A stretch of DNA of 64,000 bases from a virus (IMGVR_UViG_3300025053_000003:1-64000), one strand, 5' to 3'. Counted from the stretch's first letter, positions 19,059-27,948 are shown. The notes: a model not told the origin generated them from the letters alone. Made by a program: numbers and translations.

Positions 19059-19907
19059 CCTTTATGTTCATGGCATTCATCACATACTATTATTTGATGG
19101 CTCATATCATCAGCCATTGTATGGTCTTTGCCAACCATTATGTTGTGATGGATGATTAATTCTTCTCGCGGAAGAGGCCTGCCGCATTTTTCACAGTAGG
19201 TATAGCCAAATTCGTCTTCTTGGTTATCCAGTAATGCTTTGCGATTAATGGGCTGGTTGCAACGTGCTCTTTTTGTTATATTCCTCAATTCTCTTGGCGT
19301 TGTTCTTGCTCTGTATACGCCACACGATAATTTATGCTCATCACAACAATATAAATGAATTTCTTTCCCATCGTTATTATTATTTAACGAATTAAGTCTA
19401 TTTGATACCTGTCCGTTATTTGGGATAAAATACTCTTTGCAATGATAACATCTACACATAATAAATCCGTTTTCATCGCAAATTGGCTCCTCATCAATTG
19501 TTAATTTATTTTTATATGTTTCATAAAGAGCTGAGCTATTCCTATATTTTTTAGATCTCTATAGCACATATTCCTTGTTATTTTCGTAATATTTTTTACC
19601 TCTTTCTTGGAATAAACTTTTATTCTCTTCTCTTCTCTTCTCTTCTAATTTTTTCATCACTTAATATCTTATCTCTATTTTTCTCGTACCACTTCTTACC
19701 GCCTATTTTATGCTTTTCTTTATTATTTTCGTAATATTTTTTACCGCTATCAGACTTATGAACATTTGGAGAACTTTTTAAATAAATTTGTCTACATTCT
19801 TTACATAAAGTGTCCTTTCCAAATTTACAGCCTTTATGATTGACAAAAGCATCTAATTCCTTTTCTTCACCACAAACTCTGCACTTCTTCGTTTTAATCT
19901 CTTCCAT
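19052..19907 (-). pseudogene. Disrupted HNH endonuclease, paralog of 13708..14655
   Basis: Frameshift in (GAAGA)4 at 19623-19646 plus in-frame TAG at 19559-19561; joined halves match the 13708 architecture. Confidence 0.85.
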
Positions 19908-19940
19908 CTACGCCTCCTTCAAGCGTTCCTTATTACTAAA

Positions 19941-19991
19941 AGTGGAAATAGAGCAAGGATTTCTCTACTTGTCGGGTGCCCCCTATCCACT
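19941..19991 (-). ncRNA. Structured HNH-leader RNA motif, copy B
   Basis: AGTGG-ATAGG-GGGCA-CCCGAC-AAGTAGAG-AAATCCTTG-CTCTATTT-CCACT. Confidence 0.8.
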
Positions 19992-20011
19992 ACACCATAC
20001 ACCTACCAAAT

Positions 20012-20188
20012 CTACCTATAATTCACAACTAAATGAATTCCATTCTTCACCGCAACTTGACACCACAACGCCTCATCAGCAGTCTTATGACCACCCTGGC
20101 ACTCACACAATCGCTCAGTTCTATCTTCAGTACAGAAGAACGATCTAAAATAATCCCCAATCTTACAAGTGGAAATAATATAATCCAT
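20012..20188 (-). CDS. Small hypothetical protein (58 aa, not in track)
   Basis: ATG overlaps the terS stop (ATGA); MDYIISTCKIGDYF... Confidence 0.55.
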   Translation of the reverse strand: MDYIISTCKIGDYFRSFFCTEDRTERLCECQGGHKTADEALWCQVAVKNGIHLVVNYR

Positions 20189-20841
20189 CATTTCTTTTGA
20201 CCTATTCTCTTCGCCATCCCAACGCGAATATTTTCTTGAATTTCAGGAGGCAACAAAGCACAGAACTGCTTAAAATCAACAGGCAACGTCCTTTCTGAAT
20301 CCTTATCAAACATCCCAAGCGTCTTAGACAAAGCATCTAATGCTACAGTCTTCCCGATAAGTTTATATCCCTTTATATTTCCTCTGCGGTCATAGACAAT
20401 ATCCTGAATTGCCGCTGCGTGTTCTCTGTCCAGTAGATGAATCGGGATTAGCTTCCCTTCTTCGTCATAATAATTTGCAAAATTGCTATATCCAACGTGC
20501 GCGTATTCAGCTAGGACTCTTTCTTGGGTAATTTGTAATTTTTTAGTGATTTTCTTTTGGAGGCGTTCAATTTCTTTCTGAACGAGCCGATTGGCGAGGA
20601 GTCTAGCTCCAAATACTTGAGCATTCCAAGGAGGATACCCTACTGCTCTTGCGGCTTTTTCACCGCTATATGAACTGACATACTCAGCGCAAAATCTTTG
20701 AACTCTAACTGGAAGATCTTCGTCTTCTTTAATTGTCGATAGTTCTTTCAAGGCTGAATTGTACTCGTCAACGCTAAAATCAGTATTTTGCACTAATTCA
20801 AGCGAATCCTGCATAAATCGTTCTTTTTCTTCTGAGTTCAT
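20188..20841 (-). CDS. terS: Small terminase subunit (Terminase_2-like)
   Basis: FCAEY..AARAVGY..GARLL..VQKEI; ITQERVLAEY; LDALSKTLGMF. Confidence 0.88.
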   Translation of the reverse strand: MNSEEKERFMQDSLELVQNTDFSVDEYNSALKELSTIKEDEDLPVRVQRFCAEYVSSYSGEKAARAVGYPPWNAQVFGARLLANRLVQKEIERLQKKITKKLQITQERVLAEYAHVGYSNFANYYDEEGKLIPIHLLDREHAAAIQDIVYDRRGNIKGYKLIGKTVALDALSKTLGMFDKDSERTLPVDFKQFCALLPPEIQENIRVGMAKRIGQKK

Positions 20842-20848
20842 AGTTATT

Positions 20849-21025
20849 TTAACTAAATTCTTCTATAATTTCGTCTAAATATTCAATAAACTCAGTAATT
20901 TGATCGTTTTTTATCGCAATTATCGCCTCTGATTCAGGGAAAAATTCAATAAAATCGTCGTTATTACTCAATTCATCTTGTAATGAATATTTAACTTCTT
21001 TTAGTCTTTCGATTATTTCTTGCAT
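20849..21025 (-). CDS. Small acidic helical protein (58 aa, not in track)
   Basis: MQEIIERLKEVKYSLQDELS...; downstream of a sigma28-type promoter. Confidence 0.55.
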   Translation of the reverse strand: MQEIIERLKEVKYSLQDELSNNDDFIEFFPESEAIIAIKNDQITEFIEYLDEIIEEFS

Positions 21026-21062
21026 TTTAGTTTATTTTGGACCTCTTTAGTCTTAAATTTCC

Positions 21063-21090
21063 TTATCGGCATAATTAAGTAAAAACTTTA
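21063..21090 (-). promoter_or_regulatory. Sigma28-type promoter upstream of the terS operon
   Basis: TAAA-GTTTTTACTTAATTAT(16)-GCCGATAA. Confidence 0.65.
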
Positions 21091-21096
21091 ATTATT

Positions 21097-21285
21097 TTAT
21101 TCAATATCCTCTTTACCTTTCCAATACTTGTCGATTTGCTCCAGCGCCTTGTTGTCTTCTTGTTTATATTTCTGTATTTTACTATATCTATCCCTCAATT
21201 CTTTTGTTTTCTTTCCATCTTTTTTGTGATTACGTTTTTTACCTTTACTGAATAAATCATCTTCATCAAATTTTGTTGCGTTCAT
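21097..21285 (-). CDS. Small basic hypothetical protein
   Basis: 62 aa, AGGAAAAGGG RBS. Confidence 0.6.
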   Translation of the reverse strand: MNATKFDEDDLFSKGKKRNHKKDGKKTKELRDRYSKIQKYKQEDNKALEQIDKYWKGKEDIE

Positions 21286-21324
21286 TCCCTTTTCCTGAAA
21301 TATTTAGTTTAATTGCGTTACAGC

Positions 21325-21354
21325 ATAATATAATCACGTTTATTAATTTGTCAA
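21325..21354 (-). promoter_or_regulatory. Leftward sigma70 promoter
   Basis: TTGACA-N18-TATTAT. Confidence 0.55.
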
Positions 21355-21368
21355 GTGATTATATTTAC

Positions 21369-21396
21369 TTATCGGCGCGGAACCGAAATAACTTTA
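21369..21396 (-). promoter_or_regulatory. Leftward sigma28-type promoter
   Basis: TAAA-GTTATTTCGGTTCCGC(16)-GCCGATAA. Confidence 0.6.
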
Positions 21397-21461
21397 ACAA
21401 TTTTAGTTGATACAACAAGGAATGCGAATAGTTGAAACAAAATGATTGAAAATAGTAGCAC

Positions 21462-21501
21462 ACGACGCATAGCGTCGTCACTTGGTTGCGTTAGCAACCA
21501 A
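21462..21501. repeat. Twin short-loop hairpins in the divergent intergenic region
   Basis: ACGACGC-ATA-GCGTCGT and TTGGTTGC-GTTA-GCAACCAA. Confidence 0.7.
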
Positions 21502-21746
21502 CGCTATGGTTAAGGTGTGATATTATATTTGCGTTATGTATTTAGTTGTTGAATTATGCGTGTTACGATTTTAATTTTCGTGCTATTCGCTATATTCTTT
21601 TTAGAATAAAAAGAAGTAACAGTTATTCGTAATAATTACACCTTATATAGTATAACAGTTTGGTAGACACAAAAGTCGAGAGCTATAAAAACATACCTTT
21701 GTCTATAGTAAAAGACGTAGATGTCTATTTATTTTCACCTAACACC

Positions 21747-21775
21747 TTGACATTTTCAGGCACATGTTTTATAGT
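21747..21775 (+). promoter_or_regulatory. Rightward sigma70 promoter
   Basis: TTGACA-N17-TATAGT. Confidence 0.7.
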
Positions 21776-21828
21776 ATCGGCTTACAAAGTGATCTCAAAT
21801 TTAACAAAGGATAAACAGGATAAACAGG

Positions 21829-22239
21829 ATGAGCAGAAACAAAGTACCACAATTTTTATCGGTTCCGATTGAACTTCATTTTAACTTAAATTTAACATCT
21901 GGGGCAAAATCATTATTTTCTATTTTTTATTTATTCCATAATTCCGATAAGGGTTGTTACGCTGCGAACCACTATTTATCTAGAATGACTGGGTTAGACG
22001 AGAGAAGTATTACGAGAAATATTAAGCTATTGGAAGAATTAAAATATATTATAGTAAAAAATAAAAAATCAACTTCTAAAAGAAGAATCTTTATGAACAA
22101 TTATAAAGAAATTTACTTTTCTGCTGCTGAAAAAATATATTCAAATAATCGCTCTCCAGAAAAATTTAATTCAGAGGAATATAAAATTCTTTTTACTGAA
22201 GCATTAAATAATTATATTAATAAAAATTTAGAGGTTTAA
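21829..22239 (+). CDS. Winged-helix (HTH_36-like) protein resembling a replication-initiator N-terminus
   Basis: LTSGAKSLF..GCYAANHYLSRMTGLDERSITRNIKLLEELKYI. Confidence 0.8.
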   Translation: MSRNKVPQFLSVPIELHFNLNLTSGAKSLFSIFYLFHNSDKGCYAANHYLSRMTGLDERSITRNIKLLEELKYIIVKNKKSTSKRRIFMNNYKEIYFSAAEKIYSNNRSPEKFNSEEYKILFTEALNNYINKNLEV

Positions 22240-22324
22240 TTTTGGTCACGAAATCTACTTCATTACCAAATGCCTATATGTTATAATTTTAATAACTTAA
22301 ATAACTTAAAAACAGAGGAAAATC

Positions 22325-23161
22325 ATGAGCAATAGAAATGCAGAAGGTACTCACTTTGGATATGAAACGTATTGTGCAGAACCGGATGAAGAATATGCCT
22401 ACGACAATTATAGATTTGTCGACACCAACGAATCAATCTATAATCACAACAGGAAGTGCCCTAAATGCCAGCAGAATGAAACAACAGAAGGTCACGACCC
22501 TTGTCTCCAAAATCTTCCCGGCGTCCGTTACGCCTGTTGTTCTCACGGTAAAGGGAAAGGGTACGTTATGTTCACCGATGGGACAGTCATCAGGGGGAAG
22601 TTTAAAGTCGAAAGAGGGCAGTACCCCAACTCAACAAATCCACTAAAGCAAGAATGGGATTTAAATTATAACAAAGCACTTAGGCATTGTGAATACCACC
22701 TTGATAAAGGAAGAAGAGTAGAAGAACCTTACGAAGAAGAATTTTATAAATTACTGGATGCTTTACTTGAGACAGATGAAAATCCTTGGTCGTTTATGCC
22801 ACCTGGATATGAAGAATCATTTTCTAACCCATTTGGTTCTGACGCATTTTTAGGCGAATTATACCATTCGATGATTGACGATGGAGAAATTTGTTTTATT
22901 TCGCACGAAAATTATAATCCTAAAATTTTATTTTTGAATATGTACTGTGATAAGAAAAGGATTGAAGAGTTCATCAAGAAGGATTATTCTGCTCATTTCA
23001 GAGCAAATGAAATTAAGGCAAAAATAGTCGATAATTATAAAGTAAAGGATTTTGAAATTCATAGTAGCGTAGATCAGTTTATTCAGGAATTAAAAATTAG
23101 ACCAGTTGAACATTTAAAATTGATCAAGGAGAACGAAGAATGGATAAAATCAGTGAAATAG
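22325..23161 (+). CDS. Hypothetical protein with a Cys/His-rich N-terminal domain
   Basis: CPKC..GHDPCLQNLPGVRYACCSHG. Confidence 0.75.
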   Translation: MSNRNAEGTHFGYETYCAEPDEEYAYDNYRFVDTNESIYNHNRKCPKCQQNETTEGHDPCLQNLPGVRYACCSHGKGKGYVMFTDGTVIRGKFKVERGQYPNSTNPLKQEWDLNYNKALRHCEYHLDKGRRVEEPYEEEFYKLLDALLETDENPWSFMPPGYEESFSNPFGSDAFLGELYHSMIDDGEICFISHENYNPKILFLNMYCDKKRIEEFIKKDYSAHFRANEIKAKIVDNYKVKDFEIHSSVDQFIQELKIRPVEHLKLIKENEEWIKSVK

Positions 23162-23189
23162 CCAATATCCCAAACTTACCCGATATAAT

Positions 23190-23262
23190 CGATTCTAAAC
23201 GACTTTCAACCTGAACCATAGTCAGGTATGCCCGGCACCCTGAATCGCGCTAATTTAGCCGC
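23190..23262 (+). repeat. Degenerate ~70-bp dispersed intergenic element, copy 1
   Basis: CGATTCTAAAC..TTTCA..CCATAGTCAGGTAT..TGAATCGCGCTAATTTAG; relatives at 29116, 48143 (minus), 53917. Confidence 0.5.
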
Positions 23263-23301
23263 TATACACCCTAAAATTCTGAAATTAAGAAGGAGGACTA
23301 A

Positions 23302-23487
23302 TTGAGATTTATACTTTTCGACGAACCAGATGAAAATGGAGATAATATCAGAGTAAAATTAACCGAAGAGGAAGCAATCAAGAGACAACACCAAAGAGGG
23401 CTATTTCATAATTACGCTTATAAAAATGACGAAGATGCTTTATCTGATTTTATAATTAATAATTGGGCATGGATTGAAGGGGAGTAA
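23302..23487 (+). CDS. Hypothetical protein
   Basis: AAGGAGG RBS, TTG start. Confidence 0.65.
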   Translation: MRFILFDEPDENGDNIRVKLTEEEAIKRQHQRGLFHNYAYKNDEDALSDFIINNWAWIEGE

Positions 23488-24321
23488 ATGAATAAACAAC
23501 TTTTAAAACATACGCAAGACACTATCGATTGCTGGGTTGAATCATGGGGAGTTGAAAATGTCTATGTGGCCTTTTCGGGGGGGGCAGATTCGACAGTCCT
23601 TCTGGATATCGCAAGAAGATTATACCCAGAGATTAAAGCTGTATTTAATAATACAGGGTTAGAATTGCCAGAAATTGTTAGATTCGTAAAAACATTTTAT
23701 AATGTAGATACTCTTTATCCTAAAATCCCTTTTCATAAAGTAATCGAAAAGTATGGTTGGCCAGTTGTTTCTAAAGAACAATCACAGTTCTTATCTGAGA
23801 TAAGAACGACTAAATCTGAAAAACTTTTAAATATTAGATTAAACGGAAATAAATACAACAGAGGAAAAGTCAGTGATAAATGGAGATTCTTAATTGACGC
23901 TCCATTTAAAATCAGTCATCAATGTTGTAATAAACTTAAAAAAGAACCAGCTAAAAGATATGAGAAAGAAACGGGAAGGCATCCTATCCTTGGTATAATG
24001 GCAGAAGAGTCTGCCTTGAGGAAGCAAGCGCACTCATGCAATGTTTACGATTCAAAGAGACCCATTAGCAAGCCATTATTCCACTGGACGAAAAAAAAGA
24101 TATTTGGAATTATATAAGAGAAAACAATGTAAAATATTGTGAAGTTTATGATAAAGGGTGGGATCGGACAGGTTGTATATTTTGTCTTTATGAGATACAC
24201 AGGCAATCTTTCTAACCTGTTAGAAAGATTGCATGAATTACATCCTAAATTATATGATTTTGTCATTAATAAATTAGGCGCAAAAGAAATTCTGGAATAT
24301 ATAGGAGTTAAATATGAATAA
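23488..24321 (+). pseudogene. PAPS-reductase-family protein with two compensating frameshifts
   Basis: VAFSGGADS, FNNTGLE, CCNKLKKEP; -1 shift at the A8 tract 24091-98 (DIWNYI..RTGCIFC frame), return to the original frame near 24195 (LHPKLY). Confidence 0.85.
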
Positions 24322-24331
24322 GGAGACCAGA

Positions 24332-24433
24332 ATGTTTAATTACTTATGCAGGAAATGTAATTTAATCTTTTTATCGTCACAAGGGACAGTAGCAAATATC
24401 TGTCCTGATTGTGGTGGTGATGCAGTGAGGTAG
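24332..24433 (+). CDS. Tiny zinc-ribbon protein (33 aa)
   Basis: YLCRKC..CPDCGG; AAGGAG RBS. Confidence 0.55.
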   Translation: MFNYLCRKCNLIFLSSQGTVANICPDCGGDAVR

Positions 24434-24437
24434 AATA

Positions 24438-24677
24438 ATGGAAAAGAATTATAAAATAGAACCATTTATTATTAGAGAAATAACTATTTCAAAAAATTTG
24501 GTAAAAGCCACAGAAATTATCTTTGGAATTGTAAAAAGTATAACTGATAAACCTGTACTTGTCGGAAATCAGCGCATCTCTGGACTTTGTGAAAATGTAG
24601 TTATGGTCATTGCTAAAGGAGGAGACATCAATGGGACAACTTTTGAAATTTTTAATATTGAATTTGACAAAATATAA
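24438..24677 (+). CDS. Hypothetical protein
   Basis: 79 aa, operon packing. Confidence 0.6.
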   Translation: MEKNYKIEPFIIREITISKNLVKATEIIFGIVKSITDKPVLVGNQRISGLCENVVMVIAKGGDINGTTFEIFNIEFDKI

Positions 24678-24742
24678 TTAATTAAAATTAATAAAATGCC
24701 GATAAGGACAGAAACAGTTCCTTATTAACCCCTATAGCAGAG

Positions 24743-25486
24743 GTGAAAATGGCGAAGAAATTAGTAAAGCTAATTAAACAGATAGACGAAATACAAAAAG
24801 AAACGAAAAAATCCTTCTCCCCAAAACTGAGGCCACAGGATTTAAGAGAGTTTTACCCTTTAACAAAAACCCAAGAACACTTTTACAATATCTACATGGA
24901 CTCTGAGTTTACAGCATTACATGGTGTAGCAGGGACAGGCAAAACATTTATTGCTCTGTACAAAGCATTAGAAGACGTTCTATCTAAATCAATCTTTAAA
25001 AAGATTATAATCATCAGGTCATGTGTCCAATCAAGAGACATGGGATATCTTCCTGGTGACGAAAAAGATAAAATGGACAGGTACGCTTTACCGTATAAAC
25101 AAATCTGCTCCCGTCTTTTCGAGAACAAAGAAGCTTGGAATCTTTTAGAAGAAAATAATTTAATTGAATTTATGTCAACTTCTTTTCTAAGAGGAACATC
25201 TTACAACAATTCAATAATTCTCTTGGATGAATTTCAGAATTGCAATTATGAGGAATTAGCAACTGTTATTACTAGAGTAGGAGACAATTCCAAAATCATT
25301 TTCTGCGGCGATATTAGACAGACTGATTTAAGGAAAGCAAACGACCCTTCTGGATTACGCAAATTTTTCCAGATAGCTTCTTCAGTAAATGCCTTTAATA
25401 GAATTGAATTTGGAATTGAGGATATTTGTAGATCAGATCTTGTTAAGGAATGGATTATAGCTGAATTAGACTGGAAGGAGAAATGA
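24743..25486 (+). CDS. phoH: PhoH-family ATPase
   Basis: GVAGTGKT, RDMGYLPG, FLRGTSY, LLDEFQN, TRVGDNSKIIFCGDIRQTDL. Confidence 0.93.
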   Translation: MKMAKKLVKLIKQIDEIQKETKKSFSPKLRPQDLREFYPLTKTQEHFYNIYMDSEFTALHGVAGTGKTFIALYKALEDVLSKSIFKKIIIIRSCVQSRDMGYLPGDEKDKMDRYALPYKQICSRLFENKEAWNLLEENNLIEFMSTSFLRGTSYNNSIILLDEFQNCNYEELATVITRVGDNSKIIFCGDIRQTDLRKANDPSGLRKFFQIASSVNAFNRIEFGIEDICRSDLVKEWIIAELDWKEK

Positions 25487-26016
25487 TGGGAGGAGAAAGG
25501 ATGGAAGGAGTTAAACATATTAATAAAATTAGAGAATATTGTGATTACGTTGAAGAGCATTTACTTAATGTAGAAAGATCATGGTTTATTCTTCAATCCA
25601 CTTGTAAAGATATGCCCATAATTTATGATGATTACTGCTATTGGTATATTGATGCAATGGTTAAAAATCATGATGTCAGTAAAATGTCAACTGAAGAATT
25701 TATTCCATATCAGCGTAATTTTTACCCGGTAGATGAGAAAGACAACGCTATTTTCGGTATAGCATGGCAGCACCATTTAATACATAATCCGCACCACTGG
25801 GAAAATTGGACTAATATAAAAGAGAAATTTCCCAATGAGCAAGCATGTCATTGTGTATGCATGGTGATCGACTGGATGGCTATGGGTATGAAATTTGGTG
25901 ACACAGCAGAAGAATATTATAACGCTAATAAACACAAAATAAATATACCTGGATGGTCTGTTGAATTTATAAATGAAATTTTTAAAAAGTTGAGAGACTG
26001 GAAGGAGAACAAATGA
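25483..26016 (+). CDS. HD-like hypothetical protein (DUF5662-like)
   Basis: HDVSK, AWQHHLIHNPHHWE, MVIDWMAM. Confidence 0.65.
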   Translation: MMGGERMEGVKHINKIREYCDYVEEHLLNVERSWFILQSTCKDMPIIYDDYCYWYIDAMVKNHDVSKMSTEEFIPYQRNFYPVDEKDNAIFGIAWQHHLIHNPHHWENWTNIKEKFPNEQACHCVCMVIDWMAMGMKFGDTAEEYYNANKHKINIPGWSVEFINEIFKKLRDWKENK

Positions 26017-26384
26017 AAATAGTAACAGAACTGGACTTTAGAATGCCTGAATTTAAGGACGCAGACCCTAATGATTATGAATTCAGAGACGACGGGAAAA
26101 TAGTCAGGAAAGACAGATGGGAACAAGGTATAAGGAATATAGCTGGTATCCTTAAATTCGATATAAGAGAAGGATTTGAAGTTGAAGACGTTATTAATTG
26201 TGTTCAGTATTTAAAGGGAACTTCTAATCCAATGCTAAAAATCCTGAAAATTGTTTATAGTGATAAAGAAGGAGAGGGTTTACACCATAATTTTAAGATT
26301 ACATCCCCGCTTTCAACTTTTGATGATACTTTAATAGTCCATGTATCATTGGATTCAGTTAATGAATTACTAGAGGCGGATTAA
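26013..26384 (+). CDS. Hypothetical protein
   Basis: 123 aa, ATGA-coupled. Confidence 0.7.
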   Translation: MKIVTELDFRMPEFKDADPNDYEFRDDGKIVRKDRWEQGIRNIAGILKFDIREGFEVEDVINCVQYLKGTSNPMLKILKIVYSDKEGEGLHHNFKITSPLSTFDDTLIVHVSLDSVNELLEAD

Positions 26385-26551
26385 TGAACCAACTAGATCA
26401 ACGGTGCAATTTCTGCGGAAGGAGGAAATCCCAAAATCTTAAACTAACTTTCATCCAAGGTAAAACTAAATCAACTATTTGTAGTATTTGTATTAATGAA
26501 TTTAAAATTAGGTTAGATTACGAAGAAGAGTTAAATATTCATAAGGATTAG
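26384..26551 (+). CDS. ClpX-C4-type zinc-finger peptide (55 aa, not in track)
   Basis: RCNFCGRR..FIQG..STICSICI. Confidence 0.6.
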   Translation: MNQLDQRCNFCGRRKSQNLKLTFIQGKTKSTICSICINEFKIRLDYEEELNIHKD

Positions 26552-26616
26552 AATTCAGTCGCAATTAGCTTTATTTAATGTAGTGTTTAGGGAACAGAAT
26601 ATAATTAAGGAGAAAG

Positions 26617-27175
26617 ATGAAAGTTTTGATAGCGTGTGAATTTAGTGGAATTATAAGAGAGGCCTTTAAAAGAAAAGGCCATGATGCTTGGAGCTGCGAT
26701 TTGTTAGATACTGAGATTTCTGGGAACCATATAATCGGTGATATTTTCCCAGTGCTGTAACAGCACTGGGATTTAATGATCTGCCATCCACCATGTACTC
26801 ATTTAGCTGTTAGCGGAGCAAGGTATTTTAAAGAGAAAATTGAAAGTGGAGTCCAACAAGAGGCATTAGATTTTGTTGAATTGTTACTCGAAGCGAATAT
26901 AAATAAAATATGCCTTGAAAATCCTATTAGTATTATTTCAACTAAAATAAGAAAACCAGACCAAATAATTCAACCTTGGCAATTTGGACATGGAGAAACA
27001 AAAGCAACTTGTTTATGGCTAAAGAATTTACCTAAATTAATTCCAACAAATATAGTCGAAGGAAGAGAAGACAGAAGACAGAATACATAAAATGGCACCA
27101 AATAAAGATAGATGGAAAAATAGGAGTAGAACATATCAAGGAATTGCTGATGCTATGGCAGAACAATGGGGATAA
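26617..27175 (+). pseudogene. Phage DNA cytosine methyltransferase-like gene, disrupted
   Basis: MKVLIACEFSG..HPPCTHLAVSGA..CLENP..IIQPWQFG; in-frame TAA at 26758-60; 7-bp duplication GAAGACA at 27067-80 shifts off the YQGIADAMAEQWG tail. Confidence 0.88.
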
Positions 27176-27236
27176 TACAATTATTGTTCTGGAAATAAAA
27201 GTTAATAATTCAATAATCCAAACGAAGGAGGACAAA

Positions 27237-27404
27237 ATGACAAGTATCAATTTTAAAAACGAGTTCGGAAGTTATACCATTGAAATCAATAAAGACGGAA
27301 TGACAATCGATGAAGTTTTTGAAGATTTAATTACTCCAGTATTGCTCGCAGCAGGTTACTAAAGTAAAAATATTGAAGATCGGATTTGTGATGGATGCGG
27401 TTGA
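27237..27404 (+). pseudogene. Small ORF with a probable premature TAA (27360-62)
   Basis: MTSINF..VLLAAGY*SKNIEDRICDGCG*; AAGGAGG RBS. Confidence 0.45.
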
Positions 27405-27514
27405 AATAAGTTTTAATATTTACTCTTAAAATTTAATATATAATATTTTTGAAATAAGGAGTTGAGTTCTGGATTAGATTCTATTAAATGACCCCTATCC
27501 CCTTAGTATTACTT

Positions 27515-27553
27515 AATGCGCTTACTTGTTAAATCAGGTGGCGCATTTTTGTT
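27515..27553 (+). terminator. Rho-independent terminator
   Basis: AATGCGC..GCGCATT stem followed by TTTTGTTT. Confidence 0.6.
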
Positions 27554-27594
27554 TGTGGAGTAGTAACGTAAAAGTTGCTTAGTAACAATTGAAA

Positions 27595-27643
27595 TGTTAC
27601 TTGTGTAGGAGTTGTGTTACTTGTGTAGGAGTTGTGTTACTTG
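27595..27643 (+). repeat. 20-bp tandem repeat x2.5
   Basis: TGTTACTTGTGTAGGAGTTG. Confidence 0.9.
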
Positions 27644-27853
27644 GGTTGGGATTAAGTGTTATGAATAAATTAGAATTAATAAATTTTGGGTCGAGTATAA
27701 GAGCTTGTATCAGGTGTAATTGTTGAGAAAGTGTAGAGGGAAAAGGAAGGGTGGATTGGTGTTAGGATTTAGTTGAAAATTTTAAAATCTTAAGCGTGAT
27801 ACTCGACCTGCCTAACAGGGGTATGGGGTCGCCTAAAATCGTACCGGCTATCC

Positions 27854-27948
27854 CCACGCCACCACGTCACCACGTCACCACGCCACCACGTCACCACGCC
27901 ACCACGTCACCACGCCACCACGCCACCACGTCACCACGTCACCACGCC
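27854..27948 (+). repeat. Octamer array (CCACGYCA) x ~12
   Basis: 11 full units plus a 7/8 unit; Y alternates C/T. Confidence 0.97.

Noticed and set aside
24679-24705. Sixth sigma28 promoter before phoH
   Set aside because: GCCGATAA is present, but the -35 is TAAT without the GTTT tail, so it is left unannotated
17484-27362. Alternative genetic code (stop-codon reassignment)
   Set aside because: The in-frame interruptions use TGA, TAG and TAA alike, all three end normal genes here, and no suppressor tRNA was seen
27854-27948. Chi-site array (reverse strand CGTGGTGG vs GCTGGTGG)
   Set aside because: Only 6/8 match, and the host Chi sequence is unknown
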